A DNA stretch of 64,000 nt, from contig NZ_JAXHOL010000003.1 in the NCBI RefSeq assembly GCF_034519335.1, positions 27,597 through 91,596 on the forward strand. The letters run 5' to 3'. The stretch comes from Rhodoferax sp. GTDB lineage: Bacteria; Pseudomonadota; Gammaproteobacteria; Burkholderiales; Burkholderiaceae_C. The notes under the pieces are model-generated. The model did no database searches and was not told the origin of the DNA. It saw only the letters and a program-made list of their open reading frames with translations. The position numbers were made by a program, and so were the translations under genes. Below, in pieces: positions 28,290 to 40,349 of this stretch (position 1 is the stretch's first letter; each line of letters starts with the position of its first letter).

Positions 28290-28707
28290 CGTTCAACACC
28301 TGCGAAGGAATGCGCCGTGGCTTGAGGGTGTCGGCCTGCACGCAACCGATGCGAATGCGACCCTGGGCCAGCAGCGTGTCGCCACGCCAGGCCTCTTGCA
28401 CCAGCACCATGCTGGCAGCGCCGAGCTCGGCGACCTGCACGCTCACCGTAATCAGATCGTCCAGCTTGGCCGGCGCTAGGTAGCGCAATTGCACATCGGC
28501 CACCACGAACATGGCGCCGGTTTCGTCGCGAAGGGCCTGTTGGCCTACGCCCGCAGCGCGTAGCCATTCGGTGCGGGCACGCTCAAAAAACTTCAGGTAG
28601 TTGGCATAAAACACCACGCCACCGGCATCAGTGTCTTCCCAGTAAATGCGAATGGGAAAGGGATTGGGGATTGCGGGCACGGTGGCCACGCTGTCGACTG
28701 CGCTCAC
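28276..28707 (-). CDS. ybgC: YbgC-type acyl-CoA thioesterase
   Basis: RIYWEDTDAGGVVFYANYLKFFERARTEWLR. Confidence 0.85.
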   Translation of the reverse strand: MSAVDSVATVPAIPNPFPIRIYWEDTDAGGVVFYANYLKFFERARTEWLRAAGVGQQALRDETGAMFVVADVQLRYLAPAKLDDLITVSVQVAELGAASMVLVQEAWRGDTLLAQGRIRIGCVQADTLKPRRIPSQVLNAIAS

Positions 28708-29171
28708 AGGGTTTGGGCCAGTGCCACCAGTTGGTCGGCGGCCACGCCCCAGCCTTCGTGAAAGCCCATGGCTTCGTGCTGCGCTTTGTCTTCCGCGCTC
28801 CAGTGCAGGGCGCGCGCGACATAGTGGGTGAGACCATCTGGCGTATCGGCCAGCGTGATTTCACCCACCATAAACGGCTTGGCCGGCACCCAGCCGGCCT
28901 GAAAGGCATCTGTAAACACCAGCTTGCGGCCAGGCACCACCTCCAGGTACACGCCTTCGTTGGGCACCTGTTCGCAGTTGGGGCCCACCATGTGGGTGAA
29001 GAAACGGCCGCCCGCATGCAGCTCCATCACCGCTTCGCTCACACCCCAAGGCTTGGGGCAAAACCATTGCACCAGGAGCGCGGGCTCCGTCCAGCAGCGC
29101 CAGACCGCGGCGCGCGGCACCGCCAGGTTGCGTTCCAGGGTGAGGCAATGGACAGCGGCAGAAGCAGTCAT
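28704..29171 (-). CDS. SRPBCC (AHSA1-like) family protein
   Basis: VWRCWTEPALLVQWFCPKPW, YLEVVPGRKLVFTD, HEAMGFHEGW. Confidence 0.85.
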   Translation of the reverse strand: MTASAAVHCLTLERNLAVPRAAVWRCWTEPALLVQWFCPKPWGVSEAVMELHAGGRFFTHMVGPNCEQVPNEGVYLEVVPGRKLVFTDAFQAGWVPAKPFMVGEITLADTPDGLTHYVARALHWSAEDKAQHEAMGFHEGWGVAADQLVALAQTL

Positions 29172-29224
29172 GGGCAGGCTCCAAAAGTTTCGCCGCAGTG
29201 TAGCGGAACCCTGCCCCGCGCGGC

Positions 29225-30388
29225 TTATTTGCCGCCCAAGCCCATGGACCGCGTGATCACCTCTTTCATGATCTCGTTGGTGCCGCCGTAGATGCGCTGC
29301 ACGCGAGCGTCGGCATAGGCGCGGGCGATGGGGTATTCCCACATGTAGCCGTAGCCGCCAAACAGCTGGACGCACTCGTCCATCACCTTGCACTGCAGGT
29401 CGGTGGTCCAGTACTTGGCCATGCTGGCGGTGGCGGTGTCGAGTTGGTCCTGGCAGATCAACTCACAGCATTTGTCCACAAACACGCGGGCTACCTGCAC
29501 CTCAGTTTGCAGCTCGGCCAGCGTGAAACGGGTGTTCTGGAAGGCCGCCACCGGCTGGCCAAACACCTTGCGCTCTTTCACATAGTCCACCGTCCAGTCG
29601 ATGGCGGCCTGCGCAGAGGCCACCGCGCCCACGGCAATCTGCAAGCGCTCCCAGGGCAGCTGCTCCATCAGACAAATGAAGCCACGGTTCTCGTGTGCCT
29701 TGCCGCCCAGCAGGTGCTCCGGCCCCAACTTCACGTTGTCGAAGAACAGCTCAGAGGTGTCTTGCGCCTTCATGCCCACCTTCTTGAGCCGCTTGCCCAC
29801 GCTGAAGCCGGGCATGCCGCGCTCCACCAGCATCAGGCTGGTGCCCTTGCCGCCGGCAGCGGGGTTGGTCTTGGCCACCACAATGACCAAGTCCGCATGC
29901 CAGCCGTTGGTGATAAAGGTCTTGCTGCCGTTGAGCAGATAGCTGCCGTCCGGCTGTTCCAGAGCCGTGGTCTTGACGCCTTGCAAGTCCGAGCCCGCAG
30001 CGGGTTCACTCATGGCGATAGCACCCACCAGCTCGCCAGTAGCCAGCTTGGGCAGGTACTTGGCTTTTTGCTCTGGCGTGCCGTAGTGCAGGATGTAGGG
30101 CGCCACGATCTCGCTATGCAGGCCAAAGCCGATGCCGGTAAACCCGCCACGCGCCAGCTCTTCCATCTGGATCACGGAATACAGCTTGTCCGCTTCAGAC
30201 CCGCCAAACGCTTCGGGCATGGACATGCACAAGTAGCCGTTCTCGCCGGCCTTGTTCCAGACCTCGCGGGCCACATAGCCCTGCTCTTCCCACTCGGCAT
30301 GGAAGGGGGCAATTTCTTTTTCCATAAAGCGGCGAAAGCTGTCGCGGAAGGACTCGTGGTCGGGGGAAAACAGGGTGCGTTCGATCAT
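29225..30388 (-). CDS. Acyl-CoA dehydrogenase
   Basis: AIAMSEPAAGSD, NGSKTFITNG, DTSELFFD, QLFGGYGY, RIYGGTNEIMK. Confidence 0.93.
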   Translation of the reverse strand: MIERTLFSPDHESFRDSFRRFMEKEIAPFHAEWEEQGYVAREVWNKAGENGYLCMSMPEAFGGSEADKLYSVIQMEELARGGFTGIGFGLHSEIVAPYILHYGTPEQKAKYLPKLATGELVGAIAMSEPAAGSDLQGVKTTALEQPDGSYLLNGSKTFITNGWHADLVIVVAKTNPAAGGKGTSLMLVERGMPGFSVGKRLKKVGMKAQDTSELFFDNVKLGPEHLLGGKAHENRGFICLMEQLPWERLQIAVGAVASAQAAIDWTVDYVKERKVFGQPVAAFQNTRFTLAELQTEVQVARVFVDKCCELICQDQLDTATASMAKYWTTDLQCKVMDECVQLFGGYGYMWEYPIARAYADARVQRIYGGTNEIMKEVITRSMGLGGK

Positions 30389-30512
30389 GGGGTTTCCTCG
30401 GGTCTTAGGGGGTTATTTTTACAAAGCGTTTGCTTGGTAAAAAGAATATACTGCAAATCAGCCAACAAGGGCAGGCCCTGACCTGCACCCGAACAACCCG
30501 AGGAGACACCCC

Positions 30513-31714
<1,202 letters not shown>

Positions 31715-31718
<4 letters not shown>

Positions 31719-31776
31719 GGCTTTTTAGGCCTCTAGCCCCCGTATCTATTGCGCAAGCAGCTCCTCATTTGATAGC
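31715..31776 (-). repeat. REP-like repeat, copy 6 (reverse orientation)
   Basis: Reverse complement reads GCTATCAAATGAGGAGCTGCTTGCGCAATAGATACGGGGGCTAGAGGCCTAAAAAGCCTTAA. Confidence 0.72.
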
Positions 31777-31787
31777 AGGTATCGACC

Positions 31788-33947
31788 ATGAAAACCATCC
31801 GTTATTCCCTGGACGCCGGCATCGCCACCATCACCTTCGACGAGCCCGACTCCCCCGTCAACACCATGTGCCTGCAGTGGCAGGAAGACATGGACGCCGT
31901 GGCCGCGCAGGTGCTGAAGGACAAGGACGCCATTCAAGGCATCCTGCTCGCGTCCGCCAAAACCACCTTCTTTGCCGGCGCCGACCTCAAGGCCGCCATG
32001 CGCCTGACGCCGGCCGACGCGCCGCGCGTCTTTGAAGAAATCGAGCGCGTGAAAAAAAACTTCCGCACCATCGAGACCCTGGGCAAGCCCGTGGTCAGCC
32101 TCATCAACGGCACCGCGCTGGGCGGCGGCTGGGAGGTGGCGCTGGTGGGCCACTACCGCATTGCCGTGGACGACAAGAAGACCCAGCTGGGCCTGCCCGA
32201 GGTGACGCTGGGCCTGCTGCCCGGCGCCAGCGGCGTGACCAAGATGACGCGCCACCTGGGCCTGATGGGCGCGCAGCCCTACCTGGTGGAAGGCAAGACC
32301 TTTAACCCCAGCGAAGCCAAAGGCCTGGGCCTGGTGCACGACCTGGTGGCGCCCGGCCCCGATGCCGCTGCAGAGATGAAAGCCAAGGCACTGGCCTGGA
32401 TTGCCGCCAACCCCACGGCCCAGCACCCGTGGGAGGCCAAAGGCTACAAGGTGCCCGGCGGCCTGCCCTCCTCGCCCGCCGTGGCCGGCATGCTGCCCAT
32501 TGCGCCTGCCGTCATCAAGAAAAACACCCGCGGCCTCTACCCCGCGCCCGAGGCCATCATCGCCTGCATGGTGGAAGGCCTGCAGGTGGACATTGAAACG
32601 GCCCTGCGCATTGAGAGCCGTCACCTGGCCAAGCTCATGTCCGGCACGCAAGCCAAGGCCATGATCAACACCTTCTTCTTCAACCTCAACGCCATCAAAA
32701 GCGGCCAGAGTCGCCCGGCCGGCGTGCCCCGCTTCAAGCCCGCCAAGGTGGGCCTGCTGGGCGCCGGCATGATGGGCGCGGGCATTGCCTACAGCCAGGC
32801 CAGCAAAGGCATAACCACGGTGCTGAAAGACGTGAGCCAAGAAAAAGCCGACTTGGGCAAAAGCTACACCGCCAAAATTACCCAAGCCCGCGTGGACAAA
32901 GGCCGCATGAAGCCCGAGGCACAACAAAAGATCCTGGACCTGATCCAGCCCACCGGGAGCGTGGACGACCTCAAGGGTTGCGACCTGATCATCGAAGCCG
33001 TGTTTGAAAACCGTGAGCTCAAGGCCAAAGTCACCCAAGAAGCCGAACCGCAGTTGGCGCCCGGCGGCTTCTTTGCCTCCAACACCTCCACCCTGCCCAT
33101 CACCGGTCTGGCCAAGGCCAGCCGCGATGCCAAGAAGTTCATCGGTATCCACTTCTTCAGCCCCGTCGACAAGATGAAGCTGGTGGAAATCATCAAGGGC
33201 AAAGAGACGGACGAAGAGACCGTGGCCCGCGCCTACGACTATGTGCAGGCCCTGGGCAAGTTCCCCATCGTGGTGAACGACTCACGCGGCTTCTTCACCA
33301 GCCGGGTGTTTGGCACCTTTGTGATGGAGGGCGCGGCCATGCTGGGCGAAGGCATTCCCGCTGCAGCCATCGAGAACGCCGGCATCCAATGCGGCATGCC
33401 CGTGGGCCCGCTCGCCGTGCTGGACGAAACCGCCCTAACACTGAGCCTGCATGTGATGGACCAGACCCGCAAGGACTTTGAGGCCGAGGGCAAAACTTAT
33501 GTGGCCACGCCGGGCGAGCTGGTGGTGGAAACCATGGTCAAACGACACAATCGCCCCGGCCGCGCGGGTGGTGCGGGCTTCTATGCATACCCCACCGAAA
33601 AGGGCGCCAAGAAGTTCTTGTGGCCCGAACTCAAAGGCCTGTTCGAGAAAGCCGATGCCCCCTGGAACATCACCGACCTGAAAGACCGCCTGCTCTACCG
33701 CCAGGCCGTGGAGACCGCGCGCTGCCTGGCCGAGGGCGTGCTGACCAGCGTGCATGACGCCAACATTGGCTCCATCTTCGGCATCGGCTTTCCGGCCTGG
33801 ACTGGGGGCGCCATGCAGTTCATCTACGGCATGGGAGTCGACACCTTTGAGGCACGTGCGGCCGAGTTGGCAGCCCAATTTGGCCCGGGCTTTGCTTTGG
33901 GGGATGATGTGAAGGCGGCCATCCGCCGCCATCAACCCCAGTACTGA
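31788..33947 (+). CDS. Multifunctional enoyl-CoA hydratase / 3-hydroxyacyl-CoA dehydrogenase (FadB/FadJ-like)
   Basis: FFAGADL, ALGGGWE, GLPEVTLGLLPG, GLLGAGMMG, IEAVFE, ASNTSTLPI, IHFFSPV. Confidence 0.93.
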   Translation: MKTIRYSLDAGIATITFDEPDSPVNTMCLQWQEDMDAVAAQVLKDKDAIQGILLASAKTTFFAGADLKAAMRLTPADAPRVFEEIERVKKNFRTIETLGKPVVSLINGTALGGGWEVALVGHYRIAVDDKKTQLGLPEVTLGLLPGASGVTKMTRHLGLMGAQPYLVEGKTFNPSEAKGLGLVHDLVAPGPDAAAEMKAKALAWIAANPTAQHPWEAKGYKVPGGLPSSPAVAGMLPIAPAVIKKNTRGLYPAPEAIIACMVEGLQVDIETALRIESRHLAKLMSGTQAKAMINTFFFNLNAIKSGQSRPAGVPRFKPAKVGLLGAGMMGAGIAYSQASKGITTVLKDVSQEKADLGKSYTAKITQARVDKGRMKPEAQQKILDLIQPTGSVDDLKGCDLIIEAVFENRELKAKVTQEAEPQLAPGGFFASNTSTLPITGLAKASRDAKKFIGIHFFSPVDKMKLVEIIKGKETDEETVARAYDYVQALGKFPIVVNDSRGFFTSRVFGTFVMEGAAMLGEGIPAAAIENAGIQCGMPVGPLAVLDETALTLSLHVMDQTRKDFEAEGKTYVATPGELVVETMVKRHNRPGRAGGAGFYAYPTEKGAKKFLWPELKGLFEKADAPWNITDLKDRLLYRQAVETARCLAEGVLTSVHDANIGSIFGIGFPAWTGGAMQFIYGMGVDTFEARAAELAAQFGPGFALGDDVKAAIRRHQPQY

Positions 33948-33959
33948 AGAGATCGCTCC

Positions 33960-34870
33960 ATGCTTGCCCAACTGCTGCGCCGTATTTTGCTGGTCCAAAC
34001 CCTGGCGGGTGCAGCGCTGGGCTACTGGCTGCTGGGGCTTGGGGGCTGGGGTGCCATGCTCGGTGCCACGTGCTGGTGCCCTGCGGTGGCCGGGCCACCA
34101 TGCTGCTGACGGATGTGCTGACCGCCCTGATCACCCGCAGCCCCGAACCCTGGCGCGACTGGTGGCGCGCACTGGGTGGAGAAATGGTGGCGGGCGTGGT
34201 GGTATTTTTGCTACGCCAACCGTGGGAGCGCCGTGCGCCCCGCTACCAGGCTGCGACCGGCAGCACCCCGCGGGTGCCAGTGGTGCTGGTGCACGGCTAC
34301 CTGTGCAACCACCGCATCTGGGACACCACGGCCGCCCAATTGCGTGCCCAGGGCCACGCCGTATTTGCCGTGGACCTGGAGCCGGTGTTCACGTCCATCG
34401 ACGACTACGCGCTCATCGTTGAATCTGCGGTCACCAGCGCACTGCTCAACAGCGGGCAGACCCAGGTGGCGCTGGTCGGCCACAGTATGGGCGGCCTGGC
34501 GATCCGGGCCTGGATGCGCAAACACGGCACCGAGCGTGTGGCCCGCGTGCTCACGCTGGGCACCCCGCACCAGGGCACAAAACTCGCCAAAGGCAGCGGC
34601 ACCCCCAATGGCCTGCAAATGCTGTGGGGCAGCCCCTGGCTGGCCACACTGGCCCAGGAGGAGGATGATGCAGTTCGAGGCCTGCTGCGCATTGCCATTA
34701 CCCCGCAAGACAACATTGTTTACCCGCAGCGACCGCAAACCCTGCCCGGCATCACGCCCACGGTGTTCCCCGGCATTGGCCATTTGCAAATGTGCCTGGA
34801 CCCGGACGTGAACGCCTGGGTGCTGCGCGAACTGGCAGACTTGCCGCCTACCCTGGATGGAGCCCCGTGA
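33960..34870 (+). CDS. Membrane-anchored alpha/beta hydrolase (lipase/esterase); apparent frameshift near 34070
   Basis: VLVHGYLCN, VGHSMGG, TLGTPHQGT, GHL; N-terminal hydrophobic segment starts at ATG 33960 in a different frame. Confidence 0.75.
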
Positions 34871-35694
34871 TGACTGACCTCGTGGTTCGCAAACTGCTGA
34901 TCGACCTGAGCACGCCCTTTGCCGTGCGTTGGAATGGGGGCGATGCCTTTCGCTCTGCGTTCTTCAACGCACTGTCGATGAGTTTTCCGCTGGGCGAGCA
35001 GTACTTCATGGATTCGGTGCGCGCCGGGCTCAAGACCCTGCCCGAAGACCAGCGCGAACGCTTCGCCGCCGAGGTGCAGGGCTTTGTGGGCCAGGAGGCC
35101 ACCCACCGCCGTATCCACAGCCTGTTCAACGGGCACCTGGAAACGCAAGGCTTTACCAACACGCTGGAGCGCCGCGCCGCCAAACGCATGCAGGCCAGTG
35201 CGCACATGGACGTGCGTGTGCACGTGGGCGCCACCGCGGCCACCGAACACCTCACCGCCATCTTTGCCGACTGGATGCTGGCCCACCCCGAAGCCTTGGA
35301 AGGCAGCGAAGACCGGCTCAAAACCCTGTGGCTCTGGCACAGCGCCGAAGAGAGCGAACACCGCAGCACCGCGTTTGACGTGTACCACGCCATTGGCGGC
35401 AACCACGAGTGGCGGCTACGCCTGTTCCGCTACATCACCTTCACATTTTTTGCCGATGTAACGCGCCAAACCATTCGCAACCTGTGGCACGACAAGGCGC
35501 TGTTTCGCTGGAGCACTTGGCGCAGTGCAGGTCGGTTCTTGTTCGGCAAGCACGGTTTTATTTCCAGCAACCGGGCGCAGTGGCGCGCCTACCTGCGCGC
35601 GGATTTTCATCCGCGCCAGCAAGACGGCACACGGTCGGAACAGTGGCTGCGCGACAATAGCGCCCAGTTCACTGTGGTGGGGCAACCCACCTAA
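34870..35694 (+). CDS. Metal-dependent hydrolase (ferritin-like family)
   Basis: SMSFPLGEQYFMDSVR, FVGQEATHRRIH, EHLTA, WHSAEESEHRS. Confidence 0.82.
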   Translation: MTDLVVRKLLIDLSTPFAVRWNGGDAFRSAFFNALSMSFPLGEQYFMDSVRAGLKTLPEDQRERFAAEVQGFVGQEATHRRIHSLFNGHLETQGFTNTLERRAAKRMQASAHMDVRVHVGATAATEHLTAIFADWMLAHPEALEGSEDRLKTLWLWHSAEESEHRSTAFDVYHAIGGNHEWRLRLFRYITFTFFADVTRQTIRNLWHDKALFRWSTWRSAGRFLFGKHGFISSNRAQWRAYLRADFHPRQQDGTRSEQWLRDNSAQFTVVGQPT

Positions 35695-35703
35695 ACCGCC
35701 TGC

Positions 35704-36318
35704 ATGTCCCCCAGCATTCCACCCGCCACTCCTCCTGCTCCGCGCCCGGCGCCCCGCTCCAAAACTGATTTGTTTGTTTCGTTTTCGCTGCTCGCCCTGC
35801 AGGGCTTTGGCGGCGTGCTGGCCGTGGCCCAGCGCGAGCTGGTGGAGCGCAAGCAGTGGCTCACCGCCGAAGAGTTTGTCGAAGACTGGGCCGTCGCCCA
35901 AATCCTGCCCGGCCCCAATGTGGTCAACCTCTCGCTCATGCTGGGCGACCGCTACTTTGGCTGGCGCGGCGCGCTGGCCGGTGTGGCGGGCATGCTGAGC
36001 TTTCCACTCATCTTGGTGCTCTTGCTGGCTGCGGCCTTTGCCGGTGTGGCCGACAACCCGCAGGCCCAGGGTGCGCTGCGCGGCATGGGCGCGGTGGCGG
36101 CGGGCCTCATCATCGCGGCGGGCCTGCGCCTGGTACCCGCCCTTAAGAGCAATGTGATGGGTTTGGGTGCCTGCGTGGCGTTGATGGCCGCCACCTTTGT
36201 AGCCGTAGCCCTGCTGCGCGTGCCCTTGCTTTGGGTGCTGCTGGGTATTGGAGGGCTGGGTTGCGTTTGGGCCTATGTGTGCTTGGGCCGCTTGGCCGCC
36301 AAGAAGGAGGCCCCATGA
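35704..36318 (+). CDS. Chromate transporter, short-chain ChrA subunit 1
   Basis: LQGFGGV, WLTAEEF, AQILPGPNVVN. Confidence 0.85.
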   Translation: MSPSIPPATPPAPRPAPRSKTDLFVSFSLLALQGFGGVLAVAQRELVERKQWLTAEEFVEDWAVAQILPGPNVVNLSLMLGDRYFGWRGALAGVAGMLSFPLILVLLLAAAFAGVADNPQAQGALRGMGAVAAGLIIAAGLRLVPALKSNVMGLGACVALMAATFVAVALLRVPLLWVLLGIGGLGCVWAYVCLGRLAAKKEAP

Positions 36319-36911
36319 GCATCACCCTGACCGCCGCCCAGTGGCTGGAACTGTTCATGCACTTCGCCTCGCTGTCGCTACTGGCCGTGGGCGGCGCCAT
36401 CACCACCGCGCCCGACATGCAGCGGTTTTTGGTGGTGGAGCAAGGCTGGCTGGATGCCGAGCAGTTCAGCAACAGCATCGCCCTCGCCCAAGCCGCGCCC
36501 GGCCCCAATATCTTGTTTGTGCCCCTGCTGGGCTGGTCCATTGGCCTCAACGCGGCAGGCGGCCTGGGTGCGGGCTGGTACGGCGTGGCGCTGGCCATGC
36601 TGGGCGTGTTCTTGTCCATGCTGGGCATCATGCTGCCCAGCAGCATCCTCACCTTCACCGCATCACGCTGGGGTCACCGTAACCGGGAGATGCGCGCCGT
36701 GCGCGCCTTCAAACAAGGCATGGCCCCGCTGGTCATCGCCCTGCTGGTTGCCACCGGCTGGATTCTGGCCGCCAACCACAAGGCCGACACCCACCACCTG
36801 GCCCTGTGGGCCGTGACCGCGGTAAGCACCCTGCTGGTCTGGAAGACCCGCATTCACCTGCTGTGGCTATTGGGTGCGGGGGCGATTGCGGGGTGGATGG
36901 GGTGGATTTAG
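36315..36911 (+). CDS. Chromate transporter, short-chain ChrA subunit 2
   Basis: LLAVGGA, WLDAEQF, AQAAPGPN; start overlaps previous stop. Confidence 0.85.
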   Translation: MSITLTAAQWLELFMHFASLSLLAVGGAITTAPDMQRFLVVEQGWLDAEQFSNSIALAQAAPGPNILFVPLLGWSIGLNAAGGLGAGWYGVALAMLGVFLSMLGIMLPSSILTFTASRWGHRNREMRAVRAFKQGMAPLVIALLVATGWILAANHKADTHHLALWAVTAVSTLLVWKTRIHLLWLLGAGAIAGWMGWI

Positions 36912-36992
36912 GTATCAACAGTCTGCTCGATGCAGTCCTCAGCAGAACTAATGAGCGATCATTTCAGATCCTAAACTAGGCCAAGTCGCAAT

Positions 36993-38125
<1,133 letters not shown>

Positions 38126-38203
38126 AGTTTCTCCACCCCCCTAAGAATCAACCAATACAGCCACATAGCCCAATTTCAAGCTTAGCTAAAGTCTTAGCTA
38201 TTA

Positions 38204-38695
38204 CTACTGTGCATAAGCCATTAAAGAAGCTATACCAAAGGAAAGTATGGCTGCCCATTTCAATGTGGCACAAAGCCCCGCGATGTAATACAAGACAAAT
38301 GCGCACGGAAGTGTCAGAACATCTCCCCCGGTCAACCCCCAGTGGAGCACGTTCTCCCCCGCGTCCCACACTGCCGCCAGCGGCAACAACAGGGCCACCC
38401 AGCGCAGAGGCATCTGCTGCGCCAAGGGTTCAAAGAAGCGAGTGCGCGCCACCGCCAGATAACCTGCCGCGCCGTAGCTCAGCAGCATCAGCCCGTCGAA
38501 GGCCAAGTGGTTGCGAAAGCGTTGCACGCCTTCGGGGCCCCAAGCATGCAGCACCTGGGTAAAGGCTTCGGGGGTGAAAGTGAGCTGCAGCGCTACCACG
38601 CTGGGCTGCAGCGGAGCCAGGTACACGCCCAGCCCGATAAACAAGAGCACGCAAGCCACAGCGGCCAGTTTCAGGGGCGCGGTGGATGCGGGCAT
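38204..38695 (-). CDS. Hypothetical membrane protein
   Basis: Four hydrophobic segments, high-GC codon usage. Confidence 0.6.
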   Translation of the reverse strand: MPASTAPLKLAAVACVLLFIGLGVYLAPLQPSVVALQLTFTPEAFTQVLHAWGPEGVQRFRNHLAFDGLMLLSYGAAGYLAVARTRFFEPLAQQMPLRWVALLLPLAAVWDAGENVLHWGLTGGDVLTLPCAFVLYYIAGLCATLKWAAILSFGIASLMAYAQ

Positions 38696-38706
38696 GACGG
38701 GCGCGT

Positions 38707-39057
38707 TTAACGGGGGTTCTCGAAGAAGATGTAGTTGGAGCCGAAGTCGCTGATTTCGAAGTACACCTTCTTCTCACCAGGGTCGGCCTGCATGTTCAGG
38801 TTTTCGTCCAGCACGCCGTAACCAAAGCGGTAGTTGCGCGGCTTGCCGTCGTCGGTGCCCATGGCGGTGCTGAGTTTGTCGATTTTGAGGAAGCGGCGCA
38901 CCAGCTTGTCACCGGCATAGAACTCCAGCACGCCGTCGGTACCGGTCCAGTTCTGGATATCGCGGCTGATCTTGTTTTGTTGCTCCTGGGTGCAGGCGCT
39001 CAGAAGAAAAGTAGCCACAACGCCCGCCAATATTGCGCGAGCAGCTCCCGATTTCAT
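38707..39057 (-). CDS. Hypothetical lipoprotein
   Basis: Lipobox LLSAC after hydrophobic signal. Confidence 0.65.
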   Translation of the reverse strand: MKSGAARAILAGVVATFLLSACTQEQQNKISRDIQNWTGTDGVLEFYAGDKLVRRFLKIDKLSTAMGTDDGKPRNYRFGYGVLDENLNMQADPGEKKVYFEISDFGSNYIFFENPR

Positions 39058-39089
39058 AGCAATCATCATCACTCCCGGATTGAACACGC

Positions 39090-39869
39090 TTATTTGGAAG
39101 CCGCAGTGCGCTGGCGCAGCGCCTCGTAAAGGCACACGCCGCTGGCCACCGACACGTTCAGGCTCTCCACCGCGCCCTGCATGGGGATGCTGACGAGCTG
39201 GTCGCAGGTCTTGGCGGTGAGCTGGCGCATGCCGTCGCCCTCGGCGCCCAGCACCAGGGCCACGGGGCCTTTGAGGTCTGCTTGGTACAGAGTGCCAGTG
39301 GCCTGGTCGCTGGTGCCGATGATCCAGATGTTGCGTTCTTTCAGCTCGTTGAGCGTGCGCGCCAGATTGGTCACCATGAAATAAGGCACGGTCTCGGCCG
39401 CTCCGCTGGCCACCTTGGCCACGGTGGCGTTGATGCCGGCCGCGTGGTCTTTGGGGGCGATCACGCAGTGCGCGCCCGCGCCATCGGCCACGCGCAGGCA
39501 GGCGCCCAGGTTGTGCGGGTCAGTCACGCCGTCCAGCACCAGGATCAGCGGGTTGGTGCGTTCCGCCACTGGCAGCTCGGCGTTGGCAGCTTCCAGGCTT
39601 TCCAGCAGCTCGTCCAGCGAATGGACTTGCTTGATCTCTTGCACGCGGGCGGCCACGCCTTGGTGGCCGTGGCTGCCGGCAATCTTGGCCAGGCGCATGC
39701 CGTCGGCCTCGACCACGCGGATACCGGCCTCAGCCACTTTCTCCAGAAACTGGCGCATGCGTGCGTCGCGGCGCGTGGGCTCGTAGAAGATTTCGATGAT
39801 CGATTGGGGGGCGGTCTTGAGGCGCACGCCCACGGCGTGAAAGCCGAAAAGAACTTTGGGGGATGACAT
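39090..39869 (-). CDS. rlmB: 23S rRNA Gm2251 methyltransferase
   Basis: LFGFHAV, HQGVAAR, LDGVTDPHNLGACLR, GAEGDGMR, SLNVSVASG. Confidence 0.93.
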   Translation of the reverse strand: MSSPKVLFGFHAVGVRLKTAPQSIIEIFYEPTRRDARMRQFLEKVAEAGIRVVEADGMRLAKIAGSHGHQGVAARVQEIKQVHSLDELLESLEAANAELPVAERTNPLILVLDGVTDPHNLGACLRVADGAGAHCVIAPKDHAAGINATVAKVASGAAETVPYFMVTNLARTLNELKERNIWIIGTSDQATGTLYQADLKGPVALVLGAEGDGMRQLTAKTCDQLVSIPMQGAVESLNVSVASGVCLYEALRQRTAASK

Positions 39870-39912
39870 GCCCCGATTATCGGGCCTGGGGGGCCGAGGC
39901 GCCCTGCCCGTT

Positions 39913-40281
39913 TTAACGCCGCACCCAGCCCAGTGACAGCACATAGCGGCTGCCGCCCACCACGCGGGTCACGCTGTGCTCGCAGGCATCGGGGCGAAAC
40001 AGCTTGATGCGGCGGCTGGCGTAGATGGGCGTGGCACACACAAACTCGCCGCCCGACGGGGACGACTTGAGCACGATGTTGAGCCGGTAGTGGCGCCCGG
40101 CCTGCACCGGGTCGGTGTGCGGCGGGATCTCGGAGCCGTCGGGATAACGGATCAGATAGCTGTCAAAGGGCAGCGGCCAGCGTGCGGTGAGCAGCAGCAT
40201 CTTGTCGTAGCCCGTGCCCTGGCGGCCGCGCTGCCAGCGGAAGGCCGTTTGGAGGTACTTGCGTACACCATTCCAGGTCAC
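39913..40281 (-). CDS. Small 2OG-Fe(II) oxygenase-like protein
   Basis: HTD...H metal triad (PPHTDP, EHSVT) and RYVLS. Confidence 0.75.
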   Translation of the reverse strand: MTWNGVRKYLQTAFRWQRGRQGTGYDKMLLLTARWPLPFDSYLIRYPDGSEIPPHTDPVQAGRHYRLNIVLKSSPSGGEFVCATPIYASRRIKLFRPDACEHSVTRVVGGSRYVLSLGWVRR

Positions 40282-40296
40282 AAAGGCGCCATGTAT

Positions 40297-40349
40297 GCTA
40301 CGTTTTCAGGAGCTGTTCGCGCAATATCCACGGGCTATAGAGGCCAAAA
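40297..40349 (+). repeat. REP-like repeat, copy 7, split by IS30 (3' end resumes at 41456)
   Basis: GCTACGTTTTCAGGAGCTGTTCGCGCAATATCCACGGGCTATAGAGGCCAAAA | IS | AATAGCTTAAA. Confidence 0.72.

Noticed and set aside
38126-38695. Membrane protein as partner of the SIR2-like gene
   Set aside because: Different GC and codon style and a separate AT-rich upstream region for SIR2 argue for independent origins; not excluded, but unsupported.
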